Assembly: GCA_965216395.1 (NCBI GenBank)
Contig: OZ244156.1
Location: 1,201,679 to 1,265,678, forward strand
Direction of reading: 5' to 3'
DNA from: Alphaproteobacteria bacterium
GTDB lineage: Bacteria; Pseudomonadota; Alphaproteobacteria; Micavibrionales; SZUA-601
Length of the DNA stretch: 64,000 bases
The notes beneath the pieces were generated by a model. That model made no database searches and was not told the DNA's origin. It saw nothing but the letters and a program-made list of their open reading frames with translations. Made by a program: the position numbers and the translations under genes. Shown here one piece after another: positions 20,000 to 29,845 of the stretch; position 1 is the first letter of the stretch, and every line of letters begins with the position of its first letter.

Positions 20000-21018
20000 C
20001 TTTTGGGAACTAGCCCTTCTTCTTTAGCACGCACTTCCAAAGTTGTCTCTGCTTCCATATTTTCAGCAGGCATTTCAACCATTGGCTTTAGCTCCATATC
20101 GGATTCTTGGTCTTTAGACTCAATGATGGATTCTATTTTCTGAGCAGGATCAAGGCTATTCATAGTGTTTAAAACCGCTAATACATCACTCGGTTGAGCA
20201 CGTTCTTTATAATCTGGTATAATCAATGCGTAAGTAATTGTCCCATCCTTATCAATCACATATGTCGCCGTTAGCGGTAATTCATTTGTTTTCGCGCCAT
20301 TATGCTTCTTTAAATCTAAATCTGGTAATTTTTCTTTTAAGCTGGGCGGTGCCGGATAAACCAAACCATAGGCGCGGGCAACATTATTATTTGTATCACT
20401 TAAAACATGATATTTTAGACTATTCTTTTGTGCCGTGGTTAGAGAATGATCTGGCATTTCTGGACTAATCGCCATGAGTTGAGCGCCAGCAGCGTTAATT
20501 TCACCAATCTGATCTTGAAATGATCTAAGCTGAATATTGCAATAAGGGCACCAGCCACCACGATACCAAATTAAAACAACTGGGCCTTTCATAAGTTCTT
20601 CATAAAGTGTAACAGGCGAACCATTCGCACTCATGAGCGTAAAATCTTTAGCTTTTCCACCTTTTTTAAGAGCTGAGTCAGCAAGTTTTTGTAAAGAATA
20701 TTCAAATTCTGATTGGTTAAATTTTGGCAATTCCTTCATTTCTTCTTTTGGTTCTTTCAAAGAATGAGGCCTATCTTGATGGTGAATGATTGGCACAAGT
20801 TGAGGAATATTTTCTTCATTCCTTGGAACAACCATATTTCCTTGGTCAATATCATCACTCAAAGAAGACGTAGAGGCAGATTGTGAAGCCTGATAAGTAA
20901 CGATAGGAATGGTGTAACCATGTTGGGCAACAGATTGGTCATGTTTATTCATCTGTCCATAAGAAATGGAAGGTAAGAACAATACAGCTCCAAATATAAT
21001 CCAATTTGTCATTTTCAT
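19993..21018 (-). CDS. Exported AhpC/TSA-like (peroxiredoxin-like) redoxin
   Basis: Signal peptide, WYRGGWCPYCN, LSD, PLTATYVID. Confidence 0.85.
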   Translation of the reverse strand: MKMTNWIIFGAVLFLPSISYGQMNKHDQSVAQHGYTIPIVTYQASQSASTSSLSDDIDQGNMVVPRNEENIPQLVPIIHHQDRPHSLKEPKEEMKELPKFNQSEFEYSLQKLADSALKKGGKAKDFTLMSANGSPVTLYEELMKGPVVLIWYRGGWCPYCNIQLRSFQDQIGEINAAGAQLMAISPEMPDHSLTTAQKNSLKYHVLSDTNNNVARAYGLVYPAPPSLKEKLPDLDLKKHNGAKTNELPLTATYVIDKDGTITYALIIPDYKERAQPSDVLAVLNTMNSLDPAQKIESIIESKDQESDMELKPMVEMPAENMEAETTLEVRAKEEGLVPKSY

Positions 21019-21120
21019 TTTTTTGTGTCCTTATTTCAAGATATGAAAATCAATTTTATGACTACATCATAGTATAAGACAATACAGATATCAAATTATT
21101 CATACTCTTAATAGATGTTA

Positions 21121-21774
21121 TCAAAGAGCGGTTATTTTCAGAGCCGGTGCTGAGCTCAACCAAACAAGGCAATAAAAATTTGTTGTTTTTGGTGGCATAA
21201 GCGCCAACCAAGTTGAACGTGCGGAACGCGAAATATCGTCTTGACGTTTTTGGATAAGCTGCATTTGTGTTTGCTTTAATTTACCGTTTTTCATCAAATC
21301 AATTGTTTGATTAACAGGACGCGTTACCCGTGGTCTAAAAATATCATTGAGATCCGCATTGCGAAGAGTTGAAGATCGCTTATCATCAAGCCATTTCAAT
21401 AATGACGTATTATAATCAAGAATCTTCAGATCATGAGAAAGAATAAACCCAGGAACAGGACAACTTTTCAAAATATCCCCTACATGTGTTCCAAGTAAAG
21501 TTAAATGTTCCTGCATCAGCTCTTTTTCGGCCTCAATCATGCAATAGGAACGCAAATAGGATGTTAAATTTTTCCCAGAATATTTTTCCGAAAGCAAAGA
21601 GACCAATTTACCAACACGAATATTTTTCTTTCGGGCTGTTTTCTCTAAGAATCGCCAAAAAACGCGCTCCAACCTAACAGCATAGCGTTTTTTATTATAT
21701 TGAACAATTCTGGATTTTGGTTGTGTTGATATAAAATCTTCATGGAACATTAAGACGAATCCCTTATTTTTCAT
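21121..21774 (-). CDS. Ribbon-helix-helix (RHH_4/COG4321-like) regulator with PAS-like C-terminal domain
   Basis: RYAVRLERVFWRFLEKTA..NLTSYLRSYC; then CPVPGFILSHDLKILDYN PAS-like entry. Confidence 0.7.
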   Translation of the reverse strand: MKNKGFVLMFHEDFISTQPKSRIVQYNKKRYAVRLERVFWRFLEKTARKKNIRVGKLVSLLSEKYSGKNLTSYLRSYCMIEAEKELMQEHLTLLGTHVGDILKSCPVPGFILSHDLKILDYNTSLLKWLDDKRSSTLRNADLNDIFRPRVTRPVNQTIDLMKNGKLKQTQMQLIQKRQDDISRSARSTWLALMPPKTTNFYCLVWLSSAPALKITAL

Positions 21775-21942
21775 AGCACTTAATATCTATAAGCAATAAA
21801 TTAACATAATATAATCAAAAACTACTACATAATTATATAGTTTTATTAAATAATAAGCTAGTAAAAATTACTAAAATTTTAGATAATAGAGCGTATTCTT
21901 TATTGAAAATACACAAAATTTAAAAAATATAGGGAAATAAAC

Positions 21943-24900
21943 ATGGCAGAGTTTGACAACAACGACAATAATGCAAATATTAACAACACATCTGAAAATG
22001 ATACACTGGTACAGGACGGTCTCATGGATAATGTTTTAACAAAGCCAGAAACAGGACGTGTTGTTGTTGAAACACAAGCTAATGAAACTTATTCTGTTGG
22101 TTTTGATGCCAATCAAGCCGATCTTGCTATTGAGAATGGTGATTTAGTATTTAATTTTAATGATGGTACTCAACTTGTTTTAGATAATTTTGCCGAAATT
22201 TCTCCTATGCCAACATTAATGCTTCCCGATGGTACCATTCTCGCTGGTGATGTCATTGTTGCCCAACTTTCTGACCCAAGCACCGATGTTTTTAATCTTG
22301 AAACTGCCGCTGGTCCTGGCGCAGGTGCAGGTGGTCAATTCTCTTATAGTGATGACTTTGGTGATGTGATTGACCTGATCGACAACTTACCACCACTCCC
22401 CTTCACCACCCTTGCTTTTAATACCTTTACTGCAGAAGAAATTGATCCCGAGGCTATCAATAATCCGGGCACATTTACGCCAAATTTCTTTACACCATTT
22501 TCAGCCGGTGTTTCAGGTGGTTTCGAAGATTGGCAGCCCAACCAACATATCGGCGATAACAGTGTTTTCCCTATGCAACTTGTTATCAATTACACACCAC
22601 CTGCAGGGGATAATGATGTTGTTGACGCAATTAATGTTGCAGATATTCCAGCTGGAACTTTAGTATTTATTGGCACACCAGGTGTTCCGGGAAGTTTCAC
22701 AGCGGTTAATGTTGTTAATGGTGAAATCAATATTTCATCTGCTGATCTGGGATCACAAAGTATCTTTATGTTACCCCCTGCTGATAGTGATGTTGATTTC
22801 ACAGTAACTGTTAACTTAACCACCAGCGATCCAGATACAGGGGAAGTTACTGTTCTGACGAATACAGCGACAGCGGTGATTGATGCTGTGGCTGATATTC
22901 CAGAAGTTGACGGCACTGTGTCCTTAGCAGATGGGACAGTAGACGGTTCTGCCGTTACGGGTGCAGATGGCCAGAATATTAGTTTCAATGTCGATATTGA
23001 TTTTTCTGACAATGATGGGTCGGAAGTTCACACGATTACTGTTACTGGTGTGCCCCAAGAATGGTCTCTTATTTCTGATGGTGGATTAAACGCAACGGAA
23101 ACTGTGAATGCTGATGGCACTGTGACATATACAGTCACTGTCGGCGTTGGTTTTGACGGCACATTACAATTTGACCCAGGCGCATGGAATAGTGACGATT
23201 TTGGCGGTTCAGCAACCGTTACCTTCACGGCAACGGCTGAAGAAGTCAATGTCGATGGCGAAATCTTACTGAGCAACAACGAAGCGTCCGATTCGCAAAG
23301 CTTTACTGTAACATTGAATGATAGTGGTCCAAGCGTTGTTGCTGTTTCTGGACCTGTTAGTCTTAATGAAGATGACCTAACCATTGCGGGTGCCGATACG
23401 ATAGACGGTGTGATCACAGTTGATTTTGGTAATGATGGTCCCGGCGATATATCTATCAAAACAGATGGTTTGAACGCTTTGAACCTCACATCTGGCGGTG
23501 AACCCCTCAGTTACCAAGTTTCTGCAGATGGCTTAACATTGACTGCCGTGGACGCTTCTGGCGATGTCGTCTTTACGGTTACAATTGATCCAACACCGGT
23601 CATGAATGGTTCTCAAGCTACCTACACTTATACATTTGAACTTTTACAACCACTTGATCATGATTTACCTGTTGGTGCCGATGATAGCGTGATCGATATT
23701 CCCGTTTGCTTTACGGCAACAGATACCGATGGTGATACCATTGATGGTGAAGTAAATCTCCAAGTTGTTGATGATCTACCCATTACCCAAGGACAATCGA
23801 CGGTTGTGGACGAAACAGACGACCTTGGCGTGTCTTTCACGGGTGATCTGCCCGTTGACTTTGGCGCTGATGGTGCTGGTTCACCATATGAAGGAAATGA
23901 TGATTTCTCATCCAGTGTCAATCTAACTTCTGGTGGCCAACCTGTTGACGTTGATTATGACGCAGGAACTTATACCGGAACATTGGCCGACGGGACTGTC
24001 GTCTTTACACTGACAATCAATAGTGATGGAACCTATACTTATACACAAGACTTACCGCTTGACCATCCCGATGCAACGGATCCAGATGATGAGATAACAC
24101 TCAGCTTTGGTTATACAACAACTGATTTTGACGGCGATGCAGTTGAAGGTGAATTAACTATTCGGGTTAATGACGACGGCCCCGTAGCGGTTGATGATGT
24201 AGCCACGATCAATAGTGGTGACCCACAAGTTATTACAGGCAATGTGATTGATAATGATGATGTGGGTTCTGATATTGAAGGCACATTGACAGAAATCTCT
24301 GTTGGCGGAAACACCCTCACCTTTGCTGCAGATGGTCAAACTGATGCCAATGGAACTTATATCGAGGTGGACGGCCAATATGGGACGTTACAAATCTATG
24401 AAGATGGGAGCTATACCTATACTGTGACCAACCCGCCTGTGGGTGCAGCGGGTACGTTTGATGCCGACTTGTTCGATTATGTGCTTGTTGATGCGGATGG
24501 GGACCCCTCCTCCGCATCTGTAACCATTAATGTTGCGAATATCGTGCCTATTAATCCGGTTGATGTGCAAGATCAAGTTGACGAAACACTGATTAACCAA
24601 ACCGTTAGTGATGTGATCACCGTCACAGGAGGAACAGATTTTACCCTGACAGGTGACTTTTCTTCTGGTGGTTCACAAACAGATGGTACATTAACGTCAA
24701 ATGGTGTCCCCGTAACGGTCAGCTTTGTGGGCGGACAATTCATCGGCATGGCCGCAGGAGAAGTGATCTTTACACTGGATCTGAATAATGATGGAACCTA
24801 TACATTCAACTTATTTGGCAATCTTGATCACGCGGATGGCAACAACCCAAATGATATTATCAATTTAAACTTCACTTATGAGGTGAGTGGTCCTGGAACG

Positions 24901-27489
24901 CCAACCGTTCAAGGAAATATTCAAATCGATGTTCTTGACGATATCCCGACAGTGAGAACACAAGGTATTGGTGCTCTTGATGAAACGGATGATTTTACGC
25001 AATCTGTTTCAGGGAATATCGATGTTGATTTTGGTAATGACGGCCAAGGATCTATTGAAGGTAATGACAGTTTCTCAGCAACCGGATCTGTGGCTGGTGG
25101 GACATTGACATCTGGCGGCCAAGACATAGAAGTCACTGTTAGTGATGGTACCTACACAGGGGCATTAACCGATGGTACCGTTGTCTTTACGATGACTGTC
25201 AACGATGATGGGTCTTATGAGTTTAACCTCAACGCACCTTTAGATCATGCAGATACAACCGATCCAAATGATATTATTAACCTTAATTTTGGTTATGGTG
25301 TCACAGATTATGATGGTGATACAGTTGATACCGACATCACCATTGCTATTTTGGACGACGGCCCCGTAGCGGTTGATGATGTAGCCACGATCAATAGTGG
25401 TGATCCACAAGTTATTACAGGCAATGTGATTGATAATGATGATGTGGGTTCTGATATTGAAGGCACATTGACAGAAATCTCCGTTGGCGGAAACACCCTC
25501 ACCTTTGCTGCAGATGGTCAAACTGATGCCAATGGAACTTATATCGAGGTGGATGGCCAATATGGTACGTTACAAATCTACGAAGATGGGAGCTATACCT
25601 ATACTGTGACCAACCCGCCTGTGGGTGCAGCGGGTACGTTTGATGCCGACTTGTTCGATTATGTGCTTGTTGATGCGGATGGGGACCCCTCCTCGGCTTC
25701 TGTAACCATTAATGTTGCGAATACAATGCCAATCACACCAGTCAATATTAAAAATGAAGTTGATGAGACCGACATCTATGATACGGTCAGTGATAATGTT
25801 GGTGTTGTTGGTGCAACAGGTTATGACTTGGGTGATATTAACGGTAACTTGGACTTTTCTTTCACAGGTTCAGTTGCCAATGGGAACCTAACCTCTAACG
25901 GTATCCCTGTCACCGTGTCATTAATTGGCGGACAAATTGTTGGTATGGCTGGCGGGGAATTAATCTTTACGCTTGATCTCAATAATGCGGGAACATACAC
26001 ATTTGATTTGGTTGGAAATCTTGATCATGCCGATGGCAACGACGCCAATGATGTGATTGAATTGAATTTCACCTACACAGTTGAAAACGCTAACGGCCAA
26101 GTCGTTGAAGGAAATATCAGTATCGACGTCTTAGATGATGCACCCGTTGCATCACCTGATCTTAATGTCTTTACCGGTCTGACAGCTGATGGTAACGTGC
26201 TGACAGGTGAAGGGTCGGTTGATCAAAACACAGCCAGTGATGATTACGGCGCCGATGGTGCGGGTAGTGTGACGCAAGTTGAATTTAACGGCACAATTGT
26301 CACATTTGCCAATGATGCCCAAACAGATGCGAATGGTACTTATGTCGAAATTGATGGCGATCATGGTACACTACAACTTTATAGTGATGGTAGCTATACA
26401 TACACATTAAATGGTACCCAACAAACAACAGCAAGTTTTGACATTGATGCTTCGGATATTGTTGGACAACCCACCTCTGTAACAGATAATGGTATCACAA
26501 TTTCTGTTGGTGACGGTGACTATCTGACATTCTTTGATGGGGGACCAACGCTTGGCAGTGGCTTTGGTATTGGCAGTTCAATTGATAACACACCAAAAAT
26601 CTTCAATGGTGAAAGTATCAATATTGGGTTTGACACACCCGCCAATACAGTAACTGTTACTTTGGCTGATATTGGCGCCAATGATGCTGGTGATAGTGTT
26701 GGTATATTGGTCTATTTTGCGCCAAACCAGTATATTGTGGTTGAACAAGTTTTACCAAACCCGGTTCCTGCTAATGGCTTATTCAGCATCACACTTGATG
26801 CTGACGCGCTTGGCATTGATAACATCTATCAAATAGAACTCTTTACGGGTGATGCGCATGGATTGCAATGTGACGCCGCATTCTTACTTGCGGATGTTGA
26901 CGCAACCTATGTTGAAACAGGTTTAACAGATGACTTTACCTATACTATTTCTGATTACGATGGGGACGAAGCTTCGTCTACTTTAAGCTTTGAAGCTTCC
27001 GATCCAGCAGGTCGCGCAGCTGGCGAAGACTTTGATATCGGACTTATTACCGATAATGAAGAAAGTAATGCGGTATTAGCCGGCGATGCTGCTCTTATCA
27101 TACATGATGATAAATCTGGGTTAGATATGCCTATCAATGATGGTCCTGCTACTGCTGGTGATGATAATATGCTTGTTAATGCTGATGGTAGTATCAACAT
27201 GCCAGATCCGGTACCTTTTGGTGGTGGACCACTTACATTAGGTGATGAGATTAATACACTTAATGTTTCAGACTTGTTAACAGATAGTAGTTATGAACCT
27301 GGTGTTTCTGATATTTCTCAGTATCTACACGTTGATAGTCAGACAGGAAATGTTGAACTTGATGTCACAGGAACAGGCAATTTCAGTGGTGAAAATGTTG
27401 TCACAACGATTGAAAATGTCTCTACATTCGATACAATCAATGTTGTTTTGAACGATGATGAAGGGGATATTCCCGTTCAAATCGTCTAA
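21943..27489 (+). CDS. Giant acidic repeat adhesin, type I secretion substrate (LapA/BapA-like)
   Basis: 1848 aa, D/G/T/V-rich; T1SS-143-like repeats (DFGxDG..LTSGG..PLDH), Ig-like repeats (GPVAVDD..YTY..FDY..DxDGD), N-terminal retention-type region with TAAG, no Sec signal, adjacent to T1SS genes. Confidence 0.9.
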   Translation: MAEFDNNDNNANINNTSENDTLVQDGLMDNVLTKPETGRVVVETQANETYSVGFDANQADLAIENGDLVFNFNDGTQLVLDNFAEISPMPTLMLPDGTILAGDVIVAQLSDPSTDVFNLETAAGPGAGAGGQFSYSDDFGDVIDLIDNLPPLPFTTLAFNTFTAEEIDPEAINNPGTFTPNFFTPFSAGVSGGFEDWQPNQHIGDNSVFPMQLVINYTPPAGDNDVVDAINVADIPAGTLVFIGTPGVPGSFTAVNVVNGEINISSADLGSQSIFMLPPADSDVDFTVTVNLTTSDPDTGEVTVLTNTATAVIDAVADIPEVDGTVSLADGTVDGSAVTGADGQNISFNVDIDFSDNDGSEVHTITVTGVPQEWSLISDGGLNATETVNADGTVTYTVTVGVGFDGTLQFDPGAWNSDDFGGSATVTFTATAEEVNVDGEILLSNNEASDSQSFTVTLNDSGPSVVAVSGPVSLNEDDLTIAGADTIDGVITVDFGNDGPGDISIKTDGLNALNLTSGGEPLSYQVSADGLTLTAVDASGDVVFTVTIDPTPVMNGSQATYTYTFELLQPLDHDLPVGADDSVIDIPVCFTATDTDGDTIDGEVNLQVVDDLPITQGQSTVVDETDDLGVSFTGDLPVDFGADGAGSPYEGNDDFSSSVNLTSGGQPVDVDYDAGTYTGTLADGTVVFTLTINSDGTYTYTQDLPLDHPDATDPDDEITLSFGYTTTDFDGDAVEGELTIRVNDDGPVAVDDVATINSGDPQVITGNVIDNDDVGSDIEGTLTEISVGGNTLTFAADGQTDANGTYIEVDGQYGTLQIYEDGSYTYTVTNPPVGAAGTFDADLFDYVLVDADGDPSSASVTINVANIVPINPVDVQDQVDETLINQTVSDVITVTGGTDFTLTGDFSSGGSQTDGTLTSNGVPVTVSFVGGQFIGMAAGEVIFTLDLNNDGTYTFNLFGNLDHADGNNPNDIINLNFTYEVSGPGTPTVQGNIQIDVLDDIPTVRTQGIGALDETDDFTQSVSGNIDVDFGNDGQGSIEGNDSFSATGSVAGGTLTSGGQDIEVTVSDGTYTGALTDGTVVFTMTVNDDGSYEFNLNAPLDHADTTDPNDIINLNFGYGVTDYDGDTVDTDITIAILDDGPVAVDDVATINSGDPQVITGNVIDNDDVGSDIEGTLTEISVGGNTLTFAADGQTDANGTYIEVDGQYGTLQIYEDGSYTYTVTNPPVGAAGTFDADLFDYVLVDADGDPSSASVTINVANTMPITPVNIKNEVDETDIYDTVSDNVGVVGATGYDLGDINGNLDFSFTGSVANGNLTSNGIPVTVSLIGGQIVGMAGGELIFTLDLNNAGTYTFDLVGNLDHADGNDANDVIELNFTYTVENANGQVVEGNISIDVLDDAPVASPDLNVFTGLTADGNVLTGEGSVDQNTASDDYGADGAGSVTQVEFNGTIVTFANDAQTDANGTYVEIDGDHGTLQLYSDGSYTYTLNGTQQTTASFDIDASDIVGQPTSVTDNGITISVGDGDYLTFFDGGPTLGSGFGIGSSIDNTPKIFNGESINIGFDTPANTVTVTLADIGANDAGDSVGILVYFAPNQYIVVEQVLPNPVPANGLFSITLDADALGIDNIYQIELFTGDAHGLQCDAAFLLADVDATYVETGLTDDFTYTISDYDGDEASSTLSFEASDPAGRAAGEDFDIGLITDNEESNAVLAGDAALIIHDDKSGLDMPINDGPATAGDDNMLVNADGSINMPDPVPFGGGPLTLGDEINTLNVSDLLTDSSYEPGVSDISQYLHVDSQTGNVELDVTGTGNFSGENVVTTIENVSTFDTINVVLNDDEGDIPVQIV
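24172..24541 (+). repeat. Intragenic direct repeat, copy 1 (about 370 bp)
   Basis: Near-identical to 25354-25723; encodes the same 123-aa Ig-like unit. Confidence 0.95.
25354..25723 (+). repeat. Intragenic direct repeat, copy 2 (about 370 bp)
   Basis: Offset 1182 bp from copy 1; about 7 third-position differences by eye. Confidence 0.95.
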
Positions 27490-27514
27490 TTACAGAGTCA
27501 CAAAAAAGTAACAG

Positions 27515-27548
27515 AAAGACCTCGCATTTATGGGCGAGGTCTTTTTTT
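27515..27548 (+). terminator. Rho-independent terminator after adhesin
   Basis: AAAGACCTCGC-N8-GCGAGGTCTTT followed by a T run. Confidence 0.85.
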
Positions 27549-27672
27549 ATTTGAATTTTTCTTTATTTAACGTTATGTGTATTGCTTGGAATATGTATTT
27601 GATTCTTTAGATAAAGTAATTAAAATACTTACAAATATAAAATTTATAATTAAAAACGTAAGGTTGTCATAG

Positions 27673-29037
27673 ATGATAAAAATAACACAACTAAAACGCT
27701 TATTTGCAACGACTACAGTTCTTGGCTCTATGGTGTTAGCAATGCCCGCTTTTTCTCAATCAATGGAAGAAGCCGTTCGGTTAACCATCGAAACCAATCC
27801 CACCATCGGCGTTGTCACGACCAATCGCGAAGCCATTGAAGAAGAACTAGATCAAGCCCACGGCCTCTATTTGCCACAAGTTGACTTAACACTTGGTGTG
27901 GGTCCAGAATGGACAAATGACCAAACAACACGTGCCGCAGGACGTGACAATGAAAGCCTGATAAGGCAAGATGCACGTATTCAATTACAACAACGTATTT
28001 TTAGCGGTTATGAGACCTCATACACAGTTGAAAGAGAGAAAGCACGCACCGAATCGGCCGCACGTCGCGTTTACGAAAATTCTGAATTTATTGCTCTTGA
28101 TGCGATTGGAGCGTATTTAGAAGTGATTCGCCAAAGAGAATTATTTGCCTTATCGAAGCAGAATGTTGATTTTCATGCTAATATTCTTGGAAAATTAGAA
28201 GAACGTTTACAAGGTGGCGTTGGTACCCAAGCAGATGTATCACAAACCCGTGGACGCCTTGCGAGAGCACAGGCAACACTCTCTCGCACAGGAAATGAGC
28301 TTGGCAATGCTGAAGCACTCTATACGCGCATTGTCGGGCAATATCCCGGTAAACTCTCGCGTCCTGTTGTTCCAACAGAAGCTTTGCCTCAATCGATTGA
28401 CCAAGCTGTCGATCTAGCCACATTACAAAACCCAACTGTTCGCGTGAACGAGGCTGATGTTGATGCTGCGGATGCTGAAATTGGGATTGCGACAGCCGCA
28501 TATTATCCTAATGTCAACTTAGAAGCCGAATCAAATTACCGTGAAGATGCCAATGGCACAGAAACGTACGAAAGTGACAGTAATGTATTACTTCGCATGC
28601 GTTGGAATTTATTCCGTGGTGGTATTGACCGTGCCGCACGCCAAGAAGCTGTTAAGCGCATGCATCAAGCACGAAATGCCCGTTGGGAAGCTGTTGTTGG
28701 CGCCAATGAAGAAGCACGTCGTTCTTGGTTTACCTATCAGGCCAGTGCTCAACAAATTGAACAACTTGAAGCCGCTGTAATTGATTTGCGCAATACGCGC
28801 GACTCTTATCAACAACAATTTGATGTTGGACAAAGAACATTATTGGATCTCTTAGATGCTGAGAATGAACTCTTCACAGCCCGCGGTCAGCTTGTTTCCG
28901 CCGATATTAATACAGCTCGATCTGCGTATCGCCTACTTGCTTCGACGGGGCAATTGCTTAAAACGCTTAATATCAATGCGCCTGAGCAAGCCAGTCCAGT
29001 AACAAAAGGCTTTAAAGAGAGTATTGCACTTGATTAA
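27673..29037 (+). CDS. TolC family outer membrane channel (LapE/AggA-like)
   Basis: Signal peptide, YLPQVDL, WNLFRGG, QQFDVGQRTLLDLLDAENEL. Confidence 0.93.
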   Translation: MIKITQLKRLFATTTVLGSMVLAMPAFSQSMEEAVRLTIETNPTIGVVTTNREAIEEELDQAHGLYLPQVDLTLGVGPEWTNDQTTRAAGRDNESLIRQDARIQLQQRIFSGYETSYTVEREKARTESAARRVYENSEFIALDAIGAYLEVIRQRELFALSKQNVDFHANILGKLEERLQGGVGTQADVSQTRGRLARAQATLSRTGNELGNAEALYTRIVGQYPGKLSRPVVPTEALPQSIDQAVDLATLQNPTVRVNEADVDAADAEIGIATAAYYPNVNLEAESNYREDANGTETYESDSNVLLRMRWNLFRGGIDRAARQEAVKRMHQARNARWEAVVGANEEARRSWFTYQASAQQIEQLEAAVIDLRNTRDSYQQQFDVGQRTLLDLLDAENELFTARGQLVSADINTARSAYRLLASTGQLLKTLNINAPEQASPVTKGFKESIALD

Positions 29038-29067
29038 ATAAGGTTGGAAAATCTTTGATACTATCGT

Positions 29068-29094
29068 AAAACCGCCCATTCTAGGCGGTTTTTT
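29068..29094. terminator. Bidirectional terminator between tolC-like and lapG-like genes
   Basis: AAAACCGCC-N7-GGCGGTTTTTT between convergent genes. Confidence 0.8.
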
Positions 29095-29134
29095 CGTTTT
29101 ACTATAACTTATGTACTCAAATTCTTTGCGTGAC

Positions 29135-29845
29135 TTAATGTGTTACGTAACTGGCCGATTTTATGTTTGCACGGGCATGTATCCAGCGACCAGACTGGTT
29201 AACTGAGTATTTGGGTACATAATGTTTATATTGAACATCGCGATAAAGTCCGTTTGAATTATTATCAAGAACATATGTTGTTCCCTGTGTATTCACAGCT
29301 AATACAGAGTGACCAATACCTTTAATTGTATCAACAACACTGACAAGACGCATATTTGTATCATTAAAACCGAGGAAACGAAGTGTGAAATACTTAACAA
29401 TCGCATAATCTTCACAATCCCCTGAATTATTCATAAATTCAGCAGGGCTTGCCCAATGTTCAGAAACACCGTAACCTTCACGATCACTTTTATATTTCCA
29501 ATTATTAAAATAGCTGTTAACCATACGAAGACGTGTCATTTGATCCGTTTGACGCGCTGTTTTTACAAGATCATGCCACGTTTTCATAGTGGTTGTTGTA
29601 CACGCCGCACGATTAACAACACAGTTTTGATACGAAGACATTTGAGCGCGCATCTTATTCATGACCATATTCCATTGAGGCAATGAGCCATAATCATGCG
29701 ATACATATTCTACAGACCCAAAAACACCATCATCTGATGTATTCACAGTTTCAGCGATATCTGTCAAGGTAACGGCTTCAGCGTTATCACTGAAAGCGAA
29801 AAGAAAATAAAGCCCGAAAATTCCCCGTTTAACTATGTTTTTCAT
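29135..29845 (-). CDS. lapG: Transglutaminase-like cysteine peptidase (BTLCP/C93, LapG family)
   Basis: Signal peptide, VNSYFN, WASP, GDCEDYAIVKY, GHSVLAV, VLDN (Cys-His-Asp triad intact). Confidence 0.88.
   Translation of the reverse strand: MKNIVKRGIFGLYFLFAFSDNAEAVTLTDIAETVNTSDDGVFGSVEYVSHDYGSLPQWNMVMNKMRAQMSSYQNCVVNRAACTTTTMKTWHDLVKTARQTDQMTRLRMVNSYFNNWKYKSDREGYGVSEHWASPAEFMNNSGDCEDYAIVKYFTLRFLGFNDTNMRLVSVVDTIKGIGHSVLAVNTQGTTYVLDNNSNGLYRDVQYKHYVPKYSVNQSGRWIHARANIKSASYVTH

Noticed and set aside
22344-27200. Many antisense ORFs within the adhesin, including duplicated ones
   Set aside because: Shadows of the repetitive sense-strand codon pattern; the duplicates simply mirror the 370-bp repeat
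21943-27489. Repeat array as CRISPR or mobile element
   Set aside because: The repeats are long, in-frame protein domains with no short repeat-spacer periodicity and no cas or transposase genes
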